Positions 29,347 to 39,879 are shown, counted from the first letter of the stretch. The stretch: 64,000 bases of DNA from an uncultured delta proteobacterium (GCA_963713045.1 CAVQKE010000001.1:672001-736000); one strand, 5' to 3'. The notes: a model not told the origin generated them from the sequence alone. Program-made: numbers and translations.

Positions 29347-30219
29347 CTAAGCCTTTTTTAACATCGCGTCCAGCGTCTGTTCCAGGGTCTGCTTTCCGCG
29401 GCGCAGCGTCTCCGGGTGCTGGAAGACAATGCGTCCGGCGAGATGGGCTTCCGTCATTTCCTTGAAGAGGGACGCCATCTCAGCGGAAAAGCCGTACTGC
29501 TGCATGGTGGCCACCATCTGCGCCACCGGTTGGGACAGCACCTGCACCTCGCGTCCCAAAAGCTTGCTCAGCACCACGGCGACGTCGCTCGGACTGGCGT
29601 CCACCGGGCCGGCCAGCTCCACCACCCGGCTTGCCTTGGGGTGCTCGCTGAGAAGGCTGGCGGCGAGGAGGCCGATGTCGTGGGTCGCCACCTGGGGGTA
29701 CTTCGCGTCTTTGGGGTAGAAGGTCGGCAGCTGCCCCTCCTTGGCCGGCCCGAGCGCGCTGGCCCAATTCTCCATGAAGGAAGCCGCCCGCAGAAACGTG
29801 GTGGGCATCTTCAGCGCTGAGAAGGCCGTCTCCGCCAAGTGGAGGGCACGAATCAGGCCGGTGCCCTCCGGCAGTTGCGCCCCCGCCGAGGACAACAGCA
29901 CCACGTGTTTGACGTGGCTGCCGCCCAGCGTCTGGACACAGGCGTCGATGATTTTTTGCGCCCTTTGGAAGTACCCGGTGGAAGCGGGGGGCGGTGGAGG
30001 AATCAGGACATAGGCGGCGTCGGCGCTGCGGAGGGCCGCGGCCAGGGCGTGCGCGTCATCCAGGCTTCCGACGGCAACTTCCGCACCGCGCTTCTTCCAG
30101 CGGTCCGCTTTGGAGGCCTCCTTCACCAGCACCCGCACTTTTTGCTTCTGGTCAAGCAGCTGCTGGGCGACGACCGAGCCAGTGTGTCCGGAGACACCGG
30201 CGACAAAAAAGGTGGGCAT
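29347..30219 (-). CDS. NmrA-like NAD(P)-binding protein
   Basis: VAGVSGHTGS Rossmann motif, VVLLSS, FLRAASFMENW, VATHDIG; AGGAGG RBS. Confidence 0.9.
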   Translation of the reverse strand: MPTFFVAGVSGHTGSVVAQQLLDQKQKVRVLVKEASKADRWKKRGAEVAVGSLDDAHALAAALRSADAAYVLIPPPPPASTGYFQRAQKIIDACVQTLGGSHVKHVVLLSSAGAQLPEGTGLIRALHLAETAFSALKMPTTFLRAASFMENWASALGPAKEGQLPTFYPKDAKYPQVATHDIGLLAASLLSEHPKASRVVELAGPVDASPSDVAVVLSKLLGREVQVLSQPVAQMVATMQQYGFSAEMASLFKEMTEAHLAGRIVFQHPETLRRGKQTLEQTLDAMLKKA

Positions 30220-30468
30220 GGCGAGCCTCCTTGGGGGGTGTGCTGAACCTTCTACCGCCCTTTGGGGCGGCGCGTCCGCTTGCTCGCCCGAACGTCCGTT
30301 TCGCCAGCAGGGCAGCGAGCAAACAGCCAAGCCTTGGCGAAGGGGGAAGCGCCGCCTTTGCACCGTGGCCTCGGCAAAGCGTCTCGGGCGCCGCTTCCTC
30401 GGCTTGTCGTTGGGGAGAGGTGTCCCGCTGAGGTAGGTTGGGCCGGGCGGGGGCCCTTCTGGGTAGCC

Positions 30469-31506
30469 ATGTACCTTTTGCGCGACGTCCAAAGGGCCGA
30501 CCTGCCCAGCCTCAAGCGTCTGGCGGCGGTGCTCAACACCGTCAATCTCCCCAACGATGAGGAGACGTTGGAGCAGCTCATCGACACCTCGATGCGCAGC
30601 TTCGCCGGAAAGGTGCGGGACCCCTTCGAACGCGAATACCTCTTCGTCCTGGAGAACGCGGCCAGTCAGCAAGTGGTGGGGACCAGCCTGGTCATCGCCC
30701 AGCACGGCACCAAGGAAGCGCCGCACACCTATTATGAAGTGAGCGAGCGCGAGCACTACTCGGCCAGCCTGGACCGGCATTTCCGCCACAAGGTGCTGTC
30801 CATCGCCTACAACTACGCCGGCCCCACGGAAATCGGCGGGCTGGTGGTGGACCCACCCCACCGTTCCGGACCGGAGAAGCCCGGAAAGCAGCTGTCCTAC
30901 GTCCGCTTCCTCTTCCTCGCCATGCACCGGGCGAGTTTCCGCGAGCGCGTCCTGGCTGAGTTGATGCCGCCGCTGATGGCAGACGGACGCAGCCTGTTGT
31001 GGGAGGCGGTCGGGAAAAAATTCACCGGCCTCACCTACACCGAGGCGGACCGGCTGAGCCGCCAAAACAAGGAATTCATCAAGGAGCTGTTCCCCTCCTC
31101 AGACATTTACGTTTCGCTTTTCCCCGACCGGACGCAGAAGGTGGTGGGCGAGGTGGGCACCCAGACGCGGGGCGTGCAGCGCATGCTGGAGCGCATTGGC
31201 TTTCGCTACGTGGAGCGGGTCGACCCCTTTGATGGGGGCCCCCACTTCGAGGCCCGCACACAGGACGTGCTGTTGGTGCGGCAATTCCGCAGCGCGCGCG
31301 TCGGGGCCGAGCCGCTGGCCGAGGAAGCTGGCGCCGAGGTGATGATGGTGGGACTGGACCGCGAGTCCGCACGAAACCGCTTCCGCGCCGTCCGCACCGC
31401 CGCCCGACTGGACGACCAAGTCATTTTTCTTCCGCCGTTGGCTCGAGAGCTGCTGGGCGTGGCCACCGGCACGCGGGTGGGCGCCATTCCCTTCGAAATC
31501 AGCTGA
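30469..31506 (+). CDS. astA: Arginine N-succinyltransferase
   Basis: YLFVLE...VVGT, TEIGGL, GKQLS..RFLF, RVLAEL, LWEAVG..F, AD.LS..NKEFI..LFP...IY, DPFDGGP. Confidence 0.88.
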   Translation: MYLLRDVQRADLPSLKRLAAVLNTVNLPNDEETLEQLIDTSMRSFAGKVRDPFEREYLFVLENAASQQVVGTSLVIAQHGTKEAPHTYYEVSEREHYSASLDRHFRHKVLSIAYNYAGPTEIGGLVVDPPHRSGPEKPGKQLSYVRFLFLAMHRASFRERVLAELMPPLMADGRSLLWEAVGKKFTGLTYTEADRLSRQNKEFIKELFPSSDIYVSLFPDRTQKVVGEVGTQTRGVQRMLERIGFRYVERVDPFDGGPHFEARTQDVLLVRQFRSARVGAEPLAEEAGAEVMMVGLDRESARNRFRAVRTAARLDDQVIFLPPLARELLGVATGTRVGAIPFEIS

Positions 31507-32330
31507 TGACCCAACAAAGCGTCAACGGCAGCCGCCTCTACGTGGAGGACACCGGCGGCCCTGGGCCGCCGGTGCTTTTCTCCCACGGGCTGCTCTACAG
31601 CTGCCGGATGTGGGACGCCCAGGTGCCTTCCTTGCGCCGCCGCTTCCGGTGCATTTGCTATGACCACCGCGGCCAGGGCCAGAGCGAGGTGGTGGCCAGC
31701 GGTTACGACGTGGAAACGCTGTGCGAGGACGCCGCGGCGCTGGTCCGCGCCTTGGGGGTAGCGCCAGTGCACTTCGTCGGGCTGTCCCTGGGCGGCATGG
31801 TGGGCATGCGGCTGGCGGCACGCTACCCGGAGCTGGTCGCGTCCCTGGTGCTGCTGGACACCTCGGCGGACGTTGAGCCGGCGGAAAACCTCCCGCGCTA
31901 CCGGTTGCTCACCTTTCTCGAGCGCTGGGTGGGGCCGTGGGTGGTGGCCGGTTCCGTCATGAAGATTATGCACGGCGCCACGGCACGGGCCGACCCGGCC
32001 CGCGCCGCCGAGCTGCGCAGGGTGCGCCAGCGCTTCTTGGCCCTCGACCGCGTCGGGGCCGTGCGGGCGGTCAACGGCGTGCTGGACCGCAAAGGCATCC
32101 AGGACGAATTGGCCAACATCCGCGTCCCGACGCTGGTGATGGTGGGCGAGGAAGACACCGCCACCGTCCCAGCCAAGGCGGAGGCCATCCAACGGGCCAT
32201 CCGGGGCGCGACCCTGGTGCGCATCCCCAAGGCGGGCCACCTCTCCCCCATCGACAACCCGGACTTCGTCACCGGGGAACTGAGCCGCTTTCTCGGCGCA
32301 CTGCAGACGGCGTCGCCTTCGTCCAAGTAG
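31506..32330 (+). CDS. Alpha/beta hydrolase (PcaD-like)
   Basis: HGL, DHRGQGQS, GLSLGG nucleophile elbow, GEED, AGHL. Confidence 0.9.
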   Translation: MTQQSVNGSRLYVEDTGGPGPPVLFSHGLLYSCRMWDAQVPSLRRRFRCICYDHRGQGQSEVVASGYDVETLCEDAAALVRALGVAPVHFVGLSLGGMVGMRLAARYPELVASLVLLDTSADVEPAENLPRYRLLTFLERWVGPWVVAGSVMKIMHGATARADPARAAELRRVRQRFLALDRVGAVRAVNGVLDRKGIQDELANIRVPTLVMVGEEDTATVPAKAEAIQRAIRGATLVRIPKAGHLSPIDNPDFVTGELSRFLGALQTASPSSK

Positions 32331-32361
32331 CAGTCAGAAAGAATCCCAGCCGAAAGCCGTC

Positions 32362-34173
32362 ATGTCCACACTGCGCCCCAACCCCTTGCTGGACGACCGC
32401 ACCGTCGAATTTCTTCTTTATGAAGTGCTGGACGTCGAGGCCCTCTGCGAGTTGCCCGACTTCGGAGAGCACAACCGCCACACCTTTGACCTGCTCTTGA
32501 CCAGCGCCCGCACCCTGGCCCGCCGGGTGCTGTTCCCCAACTACCGCACCATCGACGCCGCGCCGCCGGTGTTGCGCGACGGCCGCGTCTTCGTCCACCC
32601 GCTTCTCAAAGCCGCCTGGCCGCAGCTGGTGGACTTGGGCCTCATCTCCGCCACCCGGGGACCCGAGGTGGGCGGCGCGCAGCTTCCGCTGGTGGTGGCC
32701 GGCCTGGCCTCGGCCTACTTGATGGCCGGAAATCTCAGTGCCTACGGCTTCGTCGGCCTCACCAGCGGCGCGGCCCACCTGGTGGAAGCCTTCGGCTCGG
32801 CCGAATTGAAGGCGCGCTTCATGGGGCCCCTCTACGCCGGCCAGTGGACCGGCACCATGGCCCTCACCGAGGCACAGGCCGGGTCAAGCTTGGCGGACAT
32901 CCGCACCTCGGCCACCCCCACCCGCGGCGACCACCACCTGCTTCGCGGCGAGAAGGTCTTCATCTCCGGTGCGGCGCATGACCTTGCGCCCAACGTGGTG
33001 CACCTGGTGCTGGCCCGCGTCGACGGGGCCCCGGCCGGCACCCACGGCGTCTCCCTCTTCGTCGTCCCCAACCGGCGCGAGGAAGGCGGCCAGTTGTTGG
33101 ACAACGACGTGGCGGTCAGCGGGCTGGTGCACAAAATCGGCTGGCGCGGCCTCCCCAGCTGCGTGCTTCGCTTCGGCGAGCGCGAGGACTGTCACGGCTG
33201 GCTTTTGGGAGAGCCCAACCGGGGCCTTTCACAGATGTTTCAGATGATGAATGAGGCCCGCATCCAGGTGGGCCTGCAGGGCGTGGCCACCGCCTCGGCC
33301 GCCTACCATGAAGCCCTTGGCTATGCGCAGCAGCGCACCCAAGGGCGGCCGCACCACCAGCGAGACCCGGCCAGCCCCCAACTCCCCCTGGTGGCGCACG
33401 CCGACGTCCGACGCATGCTGCTGCGGCAGAAGGCCATTGTGGAGGGGGGCCTCGCACTGTTGGCCAGCACCGCGCGCTTGGCGGACCTCGCCGCCCATGC
33501 CACCGACGCCGAGGAGCGGCGAACTTCGAAGCTTCTGTTGGACCTATTGACTCCGGTGGCGAAAAGCTTCCCGGCCGAGGCGGGCTTCGAGGCGACGGTG
33601 CTGGCGCTGCAAGTCCATGGCGGCTACGGCTACTCGAGCGAGGCCCTTCCCGAGGCGTGGCTTCGGGACAGCAAACTCAACAGCCTGCACGAAGGCACCA
33701 CCGGCATTCAGGGGCTGGACCTCCTCGGACGAAAGGCGGTGGCCGACGGTGGGGCCGCCCTGCACGCCTTCTCCGACGAAGTGGCGCGCACGCTGGCCCG
33801 CGCTCGGGCGGCTGAATTGCATCCGACGTGGGCCGAGCAGCTGGCCGAAGCGCTGGCGGAATTGGTGGACACCACCACCGCCCTGGCCGCGCGGGGCGCG
33901 GTGGGAGATGTGGACGGCATGCTGGGCCACAGCCAGGACTACCTGACGCTCTTCAGCCTCGTCGCCGTGGGCTGGCAGTGGCTGGCGATGGCCTGTGTCG
34001 CGCAGGAAGCGTTGCGCCGCGGCGCCCTTGAAGGGGACCAGGGCTTCTACCGCGGCAAGCTGGCCGCTGCGCAGTACTGGGCCGTCACGGAATTGCCGCG
34101 CGCGGCCGGCCTGGCCACCCTCTGCCGCTCCGCGGAAAACAGCTACACCGCCCTCGACCCGGAGTGGCTTTAA
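32362..34173 (+). CDS. Acyl-CoA dehydrogenase (long, ~600 aa type)
   Basis: GTMALTEAQAGS, GEKVFIS, MFQMMNEAR, LTPVAK, QVHGGYGY, HEGTTGIQGLDL. Confidence 0.93.
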   Translation: MSTLRPNPLLDDRTVEFLLYEVLDVEALCELPDFGEHNRHTFDLLLTSARTLARRVLFPNYRTIDAAPPVLRDGRVFVHPLLKAAWPQLVDLGLISATRGPEVGGAQLPLVVAGLASAYLMAGNLSAYGFVGLTSGAAHLVEAFGSAELKARFMGPLYAGQWTGTMALTEAQAGSSLADIRTSATPTRGDHHLLRGEKVFISGAAHDLAPNVVHLVLARVDGAPAGTHGVSLFVVPNRREEGGQLLDNDVAVSGLVHKIGWRGLPSCVLRFGEREDCHGWLLGEPNRGLSQMFQMMNEARIQVGLQGVATASAAYHEALGYAQQRTQGRPHHQRDPASPQLPLVAHADVRRMLLRQKAIVEGGLALLASTARLADLAAHATDAEERRTSKLLLDLLTPVAKSFPAEAGFEATVLALQVHGGYGYSSEALPEAWLRDSKLNSLHEGTTGIQGLDLLGRKAVADGGAALHAFSDEVARTLARARAAELHPTWAEQLAEALAELVDTTTALAARGAVGDVDGMLGHSQDYLTLFSLVAVGWQWLAMACVAQEALRRGALEGDQGFYRGKLAAAQYWAVTELPRAAGLATLCRSAENSYTALDPEWL

Positions 34174-34219
34174 AAAAAGGCCTCCCCGTTCCTGGGGACA
34201 CCGGGGCTGGGAGGGGGCC
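34172..34219 (-). terminator. Possible intrinsic terminator between convergent genes
   Basis: Minus strand reads GGCC(CCC)TCCC...GGGAGGCC followed by T7, just after the stop at 34221. Confidence 0.4.
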
Positions 34220-34220
34220 G

Positions 34221-35147
34221 CTACCGGCGCACCAGACGCCGCTTTCCGCTGGCCAAATCCAAGTACGCCTGCCCGGCCTGGAGCCCGTGGCCGCCGGGGG
34301 CCACCATCTCCAAGGCAAGGTAGCCGGGCGGCACCACGGTGCGGCCCCAGGCTGGGTCCACGTCCACGGTTTCCCCATACGGCCCGTCCACCCGCACCCA
34401 GGCGTGGGGCCAGGCCCGCCCAGCGTCCAACAGAAGCCCCAGCACCAGCACGCCGTGGCCGCCGCGCTCGTCCAAATAGCCCAACAGGCGCTGTGCCGCT
34501 TCCAGGCAGCGCTCGTCCTTGCCCGCGGCGCCAAATTCCTTCAGCAGCCGCTCGGCAAAGGTGCGGCCCGCGGCCGAGGGCGCGGCCGGCTGGCGCGGAA
34601 GACTCAACGGAGGGTCCAGTCCCAGCTCGCCGCGGCCAGCCGGGCTCGCCATCCCGCGCGCCCACAGCCCGGTGGCGCCGTCCACCCTCGCCGCCTCGCG
34701 CAGCCGGCTGAAGCGCGCCTGGCCCAGTTCCAACACCTCCAGCACGCCGTCCTGGTAGACGGCGTGGAAGGGCTGGCCGAGGGCAATGCCCTCCAATTCC
34801 TCGCGGCTGAGCGCGGTGGAACAGGCCTGGCCGGTTTGCCCGGTCCGTTCATCCACCACCTCCAGACAGCTTGGCGGCTGGCGCGTCCACAGCCACAGCG
34901 AGACGGGGGTGGCGGTGGAGCCGGCCACCCGCCCGGATTCGTCCAGGGCCAAGGTGTGGCTCTCCACGGTGCGCAAGTCTGGGCCCCGGCCGAAGACGTG
35001 CTCGCTGCGGTAGGTGAAGGACGTCCCGTCCGGGCTTCTCTCCAGCGTCACTTGTCCCGCCGGAAGCCCGTCCAGTGTGAAGAGGTAGGAGGTCCGCTCC
35101 GGTGGTGCGACGAGGAGCACCACCGCGTGGAGGAGTAGGTCGAGCAC
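34221..35147 (-). CDS. Exported transglutaminase-like (Cys-His-Asp) protein
   Basis: C-terminal RCLEAA, HAWVRV and VDVDPAW triad; beta-rich N-terminal domain after a hydrophobic leader. Start uncertain. Confidence 0.7.
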   Translation of the reverse strand: MLDLLLHAVVLLVAPPERTSYLFTLDGLPAGQVTLERSPDGTSFTYRSEHVFGRGPDLRTVESHTLALDESGRVAGSTATPVSLWLWTRQPPSCLEVVDERTGQTGQACSTALSREELEGIALGQPFHAVYQDGVLEVLELGQARFSRLREAARVDGATGLWARGMASPAGRGELGLDPPLSLPRQPAAPSAAGRTFAERLLKEFGAAGKDERCLEAAQRLLGYLDERGGHGVLVLGLLLDAGRAWPHAWVRVDGPYGETVDVDPAWGRTVVPPGYLALEMVAPGGHGLQAGQAYLDLASGKRRLVRR

Positions 35148-35222
35148 GGCTTGGCGGCCTGCAAGCATACCCTCCTCGGGCCCAGGCACGGGTGGTGGGA
35201 GTAGACTGCCCGGCTACCTCTC

Positions 35223-38200
35223 TTGTTCGGCAAGCGCTTTCTCTTCGTCTTCGGTGCGTTGGGCGGCCTTTGCTCGGGTGCCGTCAGTCTGTTGGCGCTC
35301 AGCCTGTTGTTGCGGCGCAGCCTGCCGGTTGGCTTTTGGCTTTTGACGCTCGGCCTCTCGGTGTGCACCTTCACCGCCGCCGCCTGGTTCACCTGGTACC
35401 GCTGGCTGGCACAGAGCTCGGCCCGCCGGCGCGCCCTCATCGCCCAGTTGGCGCAAGGTGACCTCACCCCGCAGGTGACGGGACTGGAAGGCCAGGAGGA
35501 TTTGCGGCGCCTCATCCTCTCGCTGCGGCGGGCCCTGTTTCAGGTGCAGCGGGTGACGGGCAACGTTTACCGGACGTGCCGCGACGTGGGAAGCCAGGCC
35601 CGCACCCTCCTCGAAGCCGCCCGGCGCCAGGGCGCCGCGGTGGAGCGCAGCGAGGGTTCGGTGGAAAGCATGAGCGGCAGCTTGGATGCCGCCGGCCGCC
35701 GGGTGGGGCAGCTGGAAAGCTTTGCCGAGGAAACCACCCGGAGCTTGACGGAGATGACGGAGCGCATGGAACAGGTGGCGAGCGCCCTGGGCACCCTCGA
35801 CGGGTTTGCCCGCCGCACCACCGAAAGGGTGCAGGTGATGAGCGAGGGGTTGTCCGCCGTCGCCGCCAGCGGCGACGTGCTGGCGCGCTTCGCTGGCGAG
35901 GCGGCGGCCTTCGTCTCCGCGGTGGAGGGCGGCATCGACTCGGTGCGCCGCCGCGCCAACGAGACCGGGGATTTGGCCCGGGAAGTCACCGCCACCGCCG
36001 AGCGCGGCGAGGCGCTGGTCAACGACTCGGTGAAGGGCATGTACCGGGTGGAGGAGACGGTGCGCAAAGCGGCGGAGATTGTCGACTCGCTCGGCACCCG
36101 CTCCATGGAAATCCGCCGCATTGTCGAAGTGATTCAGGACGTGGCCGACCAAACCAACCTGCTGGCCCTGAACGCCGGCATCATCGCCGCCCAGGCCGGT
36201 GAGAATGGGCGCGCCTTCGGCGTGGTGGCCGAGGAAGTCCGCGGACTGTCGGAACGGACGGCCCGCCAGCACCCGGGAAATTGCCTCGGTGGTGCAGGGG
36301 ATTCGGGGCCAGGTGGACGCCGCGGTGGCCTACGTCAAAGACGTCCGTGCCCAGGCCAGCGCTGGGGTGCAGCTGGGAGACCGGGCGGCGAGCGCCCTGA
36401 AGGAGATTCGCACCATCACCAAGCGCACCTTTTCCGCGGTGGAGTCCACCGTGGCCGAGACCGCCCAGTTGGAGAAGCAGGGCGCGCACGTCGTCCAGGC
36501 CAGCGAGCGCGTCGCTCAGCGGGTGGTGGACGTCACCCGGGCCGCCGCTGAGCAAGCGCTGACCGGGCGCGAGCTGGTGCGCCAAACCCAGGAGATGACG
36601 CGGCTGGCCCAGGGCGCGTTGACCAAGGCCCAAGGCCAGGCCCGCGACCGGGCGGGACCTCTCCGGTGCGGTGCAGCGACTGACCGCCGCCATTGATGAG
36701 ATTCGACATGCCCATGACGTCCTGACGCGCGGGGATGCCGCCATTGGCGAGGACGTGGCCCAGGTGGGCGACGACGCGCGCACCGTGATTCGCATTGGAG
36801 ACGGCCTCAGCCGCACGGTGGACCAACTGTCGCGCGAGGCCTCGGGCCTGGAGGCCGAGGTGTTTCGCTTCCGGCTGCCGGAGCCGCGGCGCGGCGGGAC
36901 GCTTTCGGTGGGCATTCACCAGTCGGAGATGTTTGAGTCGACGCGCTCCCTCGACCCACTGTTTACGCTGGACAACCAGCTGATTGAGATTGCGGCCGCG
37001 CTTTACGCCGGGCTGTGCCGCCAGGAGGACGGCGCGGTGCTGCCCGACCTGGCCGAGCGCTTTGAGGCCGCGCCTGGCGCGCAGCGCTACCGCTTCTACC
37101 TGCGGCCGCGCCTCACCTTCCACGACGGCACCCCACTGCGGGCCCTGGAAGTGAAGCGGCATTTCGAGAGGCTGTTGGACCCGGCGGTGGACTCGCCCGA
37201 CCAGTGGATTTTCAAGGAAGTGGAAGGTGCCCGCGCCTACCTGGCCGGGCAGGCCCCGCACGTCACCGGCTTCGAAGTGCTGGATGAATTGACGCTGGAG
37301 ATTCGCCTGGAGGAGCCGAAGGCCTTCTTCCTGCACTTGGTGACGCTGCCGGCCACCCTGGTGGCGCACCAGGACAGCAGCGGCAAGCTGGTGGGGGCCG
37401 GCCCCTACCGGCCAACCCGCCTGGACGCCGGGGGCGTGGTCCTTGAAAGGAACCCGTCCTACTTCCGCCCCGAGCGGCCCCTGCTGGACCAGCTGTCCTT
37501 CCGCTTCTTCCGCGACCGGGCCGAGGCCATCGCCGGGCTGGTGGGCGACGAAGTGGACTTGGTGAGCGGCCTGTATGCCGAGCACGTCCGCGACGCGCAG
37601 CTGAGTGGCCAAACCATCATCGCCGGCACCCAGCCCTCCTCCTTCTTCCTCGCCTTCCACGTGCGGCTGCCGCCCTTCGACGACGGGCGCGTGCGCCAGG
37701 CGGTGCGGGCGGGCCTCGACTTGAATGCCCTGGTGGAGCAGTTTCACCCGGGCGCCAGCGTGGCTTCGACGCTGACGCCGCCGACGCTGTTGGAGGGCGA
37801 ATTCCCCTTGCCGTCGCGTCCGGATGTGGTGCACGCCCGAGCGCTGCTGCGGGAGGCGGGCGTGCCGCTTCTCCGGCTGACCCTCTACAACCCGCCGGGC
37901 CGCAGCACCGAAGCCGAGGACCAAGTCCTGTTCGGCCCGCTGATGGCGGCCGGCCTGGTCGAGCTGTCACACGTCGAACTGACGTCCAGTGACTTCTGGT
38001 CCCGGGCGCACGACGGACGGCTTTCCATTTTTCGCGCCGGATGGATTGCCGACTACCCGGACGCCGACAACTTCCTGCACTTCCTCCTCAACTCGCGCGC
38101 GCAGACGGTGTACGGCCTCGGCTACCAGAATGCGGACCTCGACCGCCTCACCAATGAAGCCCGCGTCACCATCGACCCGGCGCGCCGTCAGGAGCTTTAC

Positions 38201-38362
38201 CGAAGCGCCGAACGGCTACTGGCTGCGGACTGCCCACTCATCCCGCTGTACCACGACAGAAGCTACGCGGCGGCCAACCCGAGGGTGCAGGGACTGCGAC
38301 TGCACCAGACGCCGCCCACCGTCCGCTTTGACCAGCTGTGGCTCGACTCCGCGGACGCCTGA
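35223..38362 (+). CDS. Methyl-accepting chemotaxis protein fused to a family-5 solute-binding domain (two 1-nt insertions, ~36267 and ~36643)
   Basis: Two TM + HAMP (QLAQGDLT), MCP tip [31 protein letters not shown]. Heptad helices continue across three ORF-track pieces into [33 protein letters not shown]. Confidence 0.8.
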
Positions 38363-38546
38363 CAACCAAAGACGTCCCGCGACGGAACGGACGGGGACAG
38401 TCGGCCCGTACCCAGGGCTCGCACTGCCCCGCGCGTGGCCGCACGCCCACTGCCCTTGCCGCCGGCCGGCCAAACGGACGTCCGCTCCAGACTTCCCCGG
38501 GAGTCCAGCGACCCGGGTAAGCCGGGCCCTATACCCGCCTGCAGCG

Positions 38547-38639
38547 CTAGCTGCAGTTGCTGTAGACCGGGTCCAAAATCAGCAGGGCCAGCACCAACGC
38601 CGGGTGATAGGCCATAAACTGTAGAATATTCCGCGCCAT
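38547..38639 (-). CDS. Putative 30-aa small hydrophobic protein
   Basis: MARNILQFMAYHPALVLALLILDPVYSNCS*, with GGAGG 8 nt upstream of the ATG. Confidence 0.4.
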   Translation of the reverse strand: MARNILQFMAYHPALVLALLILDPVYSNCS

Positions 38640-38724
38640 GTGGAACCCCTCCGGTGAAGTCCAACTTCCGACAGAGAACCACAAGTGTGTTCTGCACGCA
38701 AGGTGTAGCAGGGTGTTGGGGGCC

Positions 38725-39879
38725 TCAGGCCCGTCTGACCCCTTCCAGGAATTCAAGGCCTGCTGGTGTCGGCCCCACGACACAATTTCGGCCATGTCGT
38801 TTGGCCTCGTACAGGCGCGCGTCGGCTTGGGCGAGGACTTCGGTAAAGCTGTTGCCGTCCACGGGCAGGCTGCCCACGCCGGCGCTGACCGTCAGCCGGT
38901 GCAGCGTTCCGTCCACCGGGATGGCGACTTGGGCCAGCTTGACGCGGAGGTCTTCCACCCGCAGCACCGCCTGGGCGACATCCATCCCCGGGAAGGCGAC
39001 GACAAACTCCTCGCCACCGAAGCGCGCCACCAAGTCCGTGGCCCGGACCGCAGTTCTCAGCCGTTCGGCCAAAAGCTGCAGCGCCCGGTCGCCCGCGAGG
39101 TGGCCGAAGGCGTCGTTGAATTTTTTGAATTCGTCGATGTCCAGCACCGCGAGGCTGAGGGCGCGCCGAGACGGCGAGCTCGCCGCCAGCTGTTCCTCGA
39201 CCCGTTCCAGGAACGGGCGTCGCTGCGACAGTCCAGTCAATTCATCGGTGCCCACCATCAAACGCAGATGGCGTGCCCAACGGGCGACGGCAATGGCGCT
39301 GGCTCCCGCGGAGGCCAGCACCACCAGCCTCATTGCATGGCGGATTGGAAGAAACACCTCCCGGGGCCCGACCACCTTGCTCAGGTCCCAATGCGCGGCC
39401 ACGTACCCGGTCAGGCCGAGAAACTCAACGCAGGCCAACACCACGGTGAAGGCGCACAGTCGCCAGTCGTAGCGAAGCGCTGAGCTGGCGATGGCGACAA
39501 AGTACAATTCGAAGAGGACCCGGTTGTTCACCACGTTGAGGGGGCTGTTGGTGAGGATGAAAATGACCATCCCAGCGCTCGTCACGCTGACATCCAGGGC
39601 ACAGCTCACCCAAGGCATCCAAGGGTTGGTGCTTTTCGAGGCCCACCAATACAACAGCCCGGCGTAGAGAAACGCCGTCACGCTGAGGACCAATTGCATC
39701 ACCAGCGCTGGCCCCGACTCAAACTCGAGGGACGTCACCCCGACAAAGGCAACCACCAGCGCGATGCGCAGCGTGGCGACAATGCGCTCGGCGGACCTTC
39801 GCGCTCGCAGGAGCGATTGGTCCGTCTCTGCGGCGAGAAGTTCCTTGGCGCGGTCGACGCACCAGCGGACGAGGCGCAT
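38725..39879 (-). CDS. Membrane-bound diguanylate cyclase (GGDEF)
   Basis: About 5-6 TM, then TDELTGL, DIDEFKKFNDAFGHLAGD, RATD I-site, RFGGEEF, ADARLYEAK..GRN. Confidence 0.93.
   Translation of the reverse strand: MRLVRWCVDRAKELLAAETDQSLLRARRSAERIVATLRIALVVAFVGVTSLEFESGPALVMQLVLSVTAFLYAGLLYWWASKSTNPWMPWVSCALDVSVTSAGMVIFILTNSPLNVVNNRVLFELYFVAIASSALRYDWRLCAFTVVLACVEFLGLTGYVAAHWDLSKVVGPREVFLPIRHAMRLVVLASAGASAIAVARWARHLRLMVGTDELTGLSQRRPFLERVEEQLAASSPSRRALSLAVLDIDEFKKFNDAFGHLAGDRALQLLAERLRTAVRATDLVARFGGEEFVVAFPGMDVAQAVLRVEDLRVKLAQVAIPVDGTLHRLTVSAGVGSLPVDGNSFTEVLAQADARLYEAKRHGRNCVVGPTPAGLEFLEGVRRA

Noticed and set aside
34221..35147. Lasso-peptide B2 protease / RiPP cluster
   Set aside because: It has a C/HAW triad, but there is no lasso cyclase, RRE or precursor in the window and the protein appears exported.
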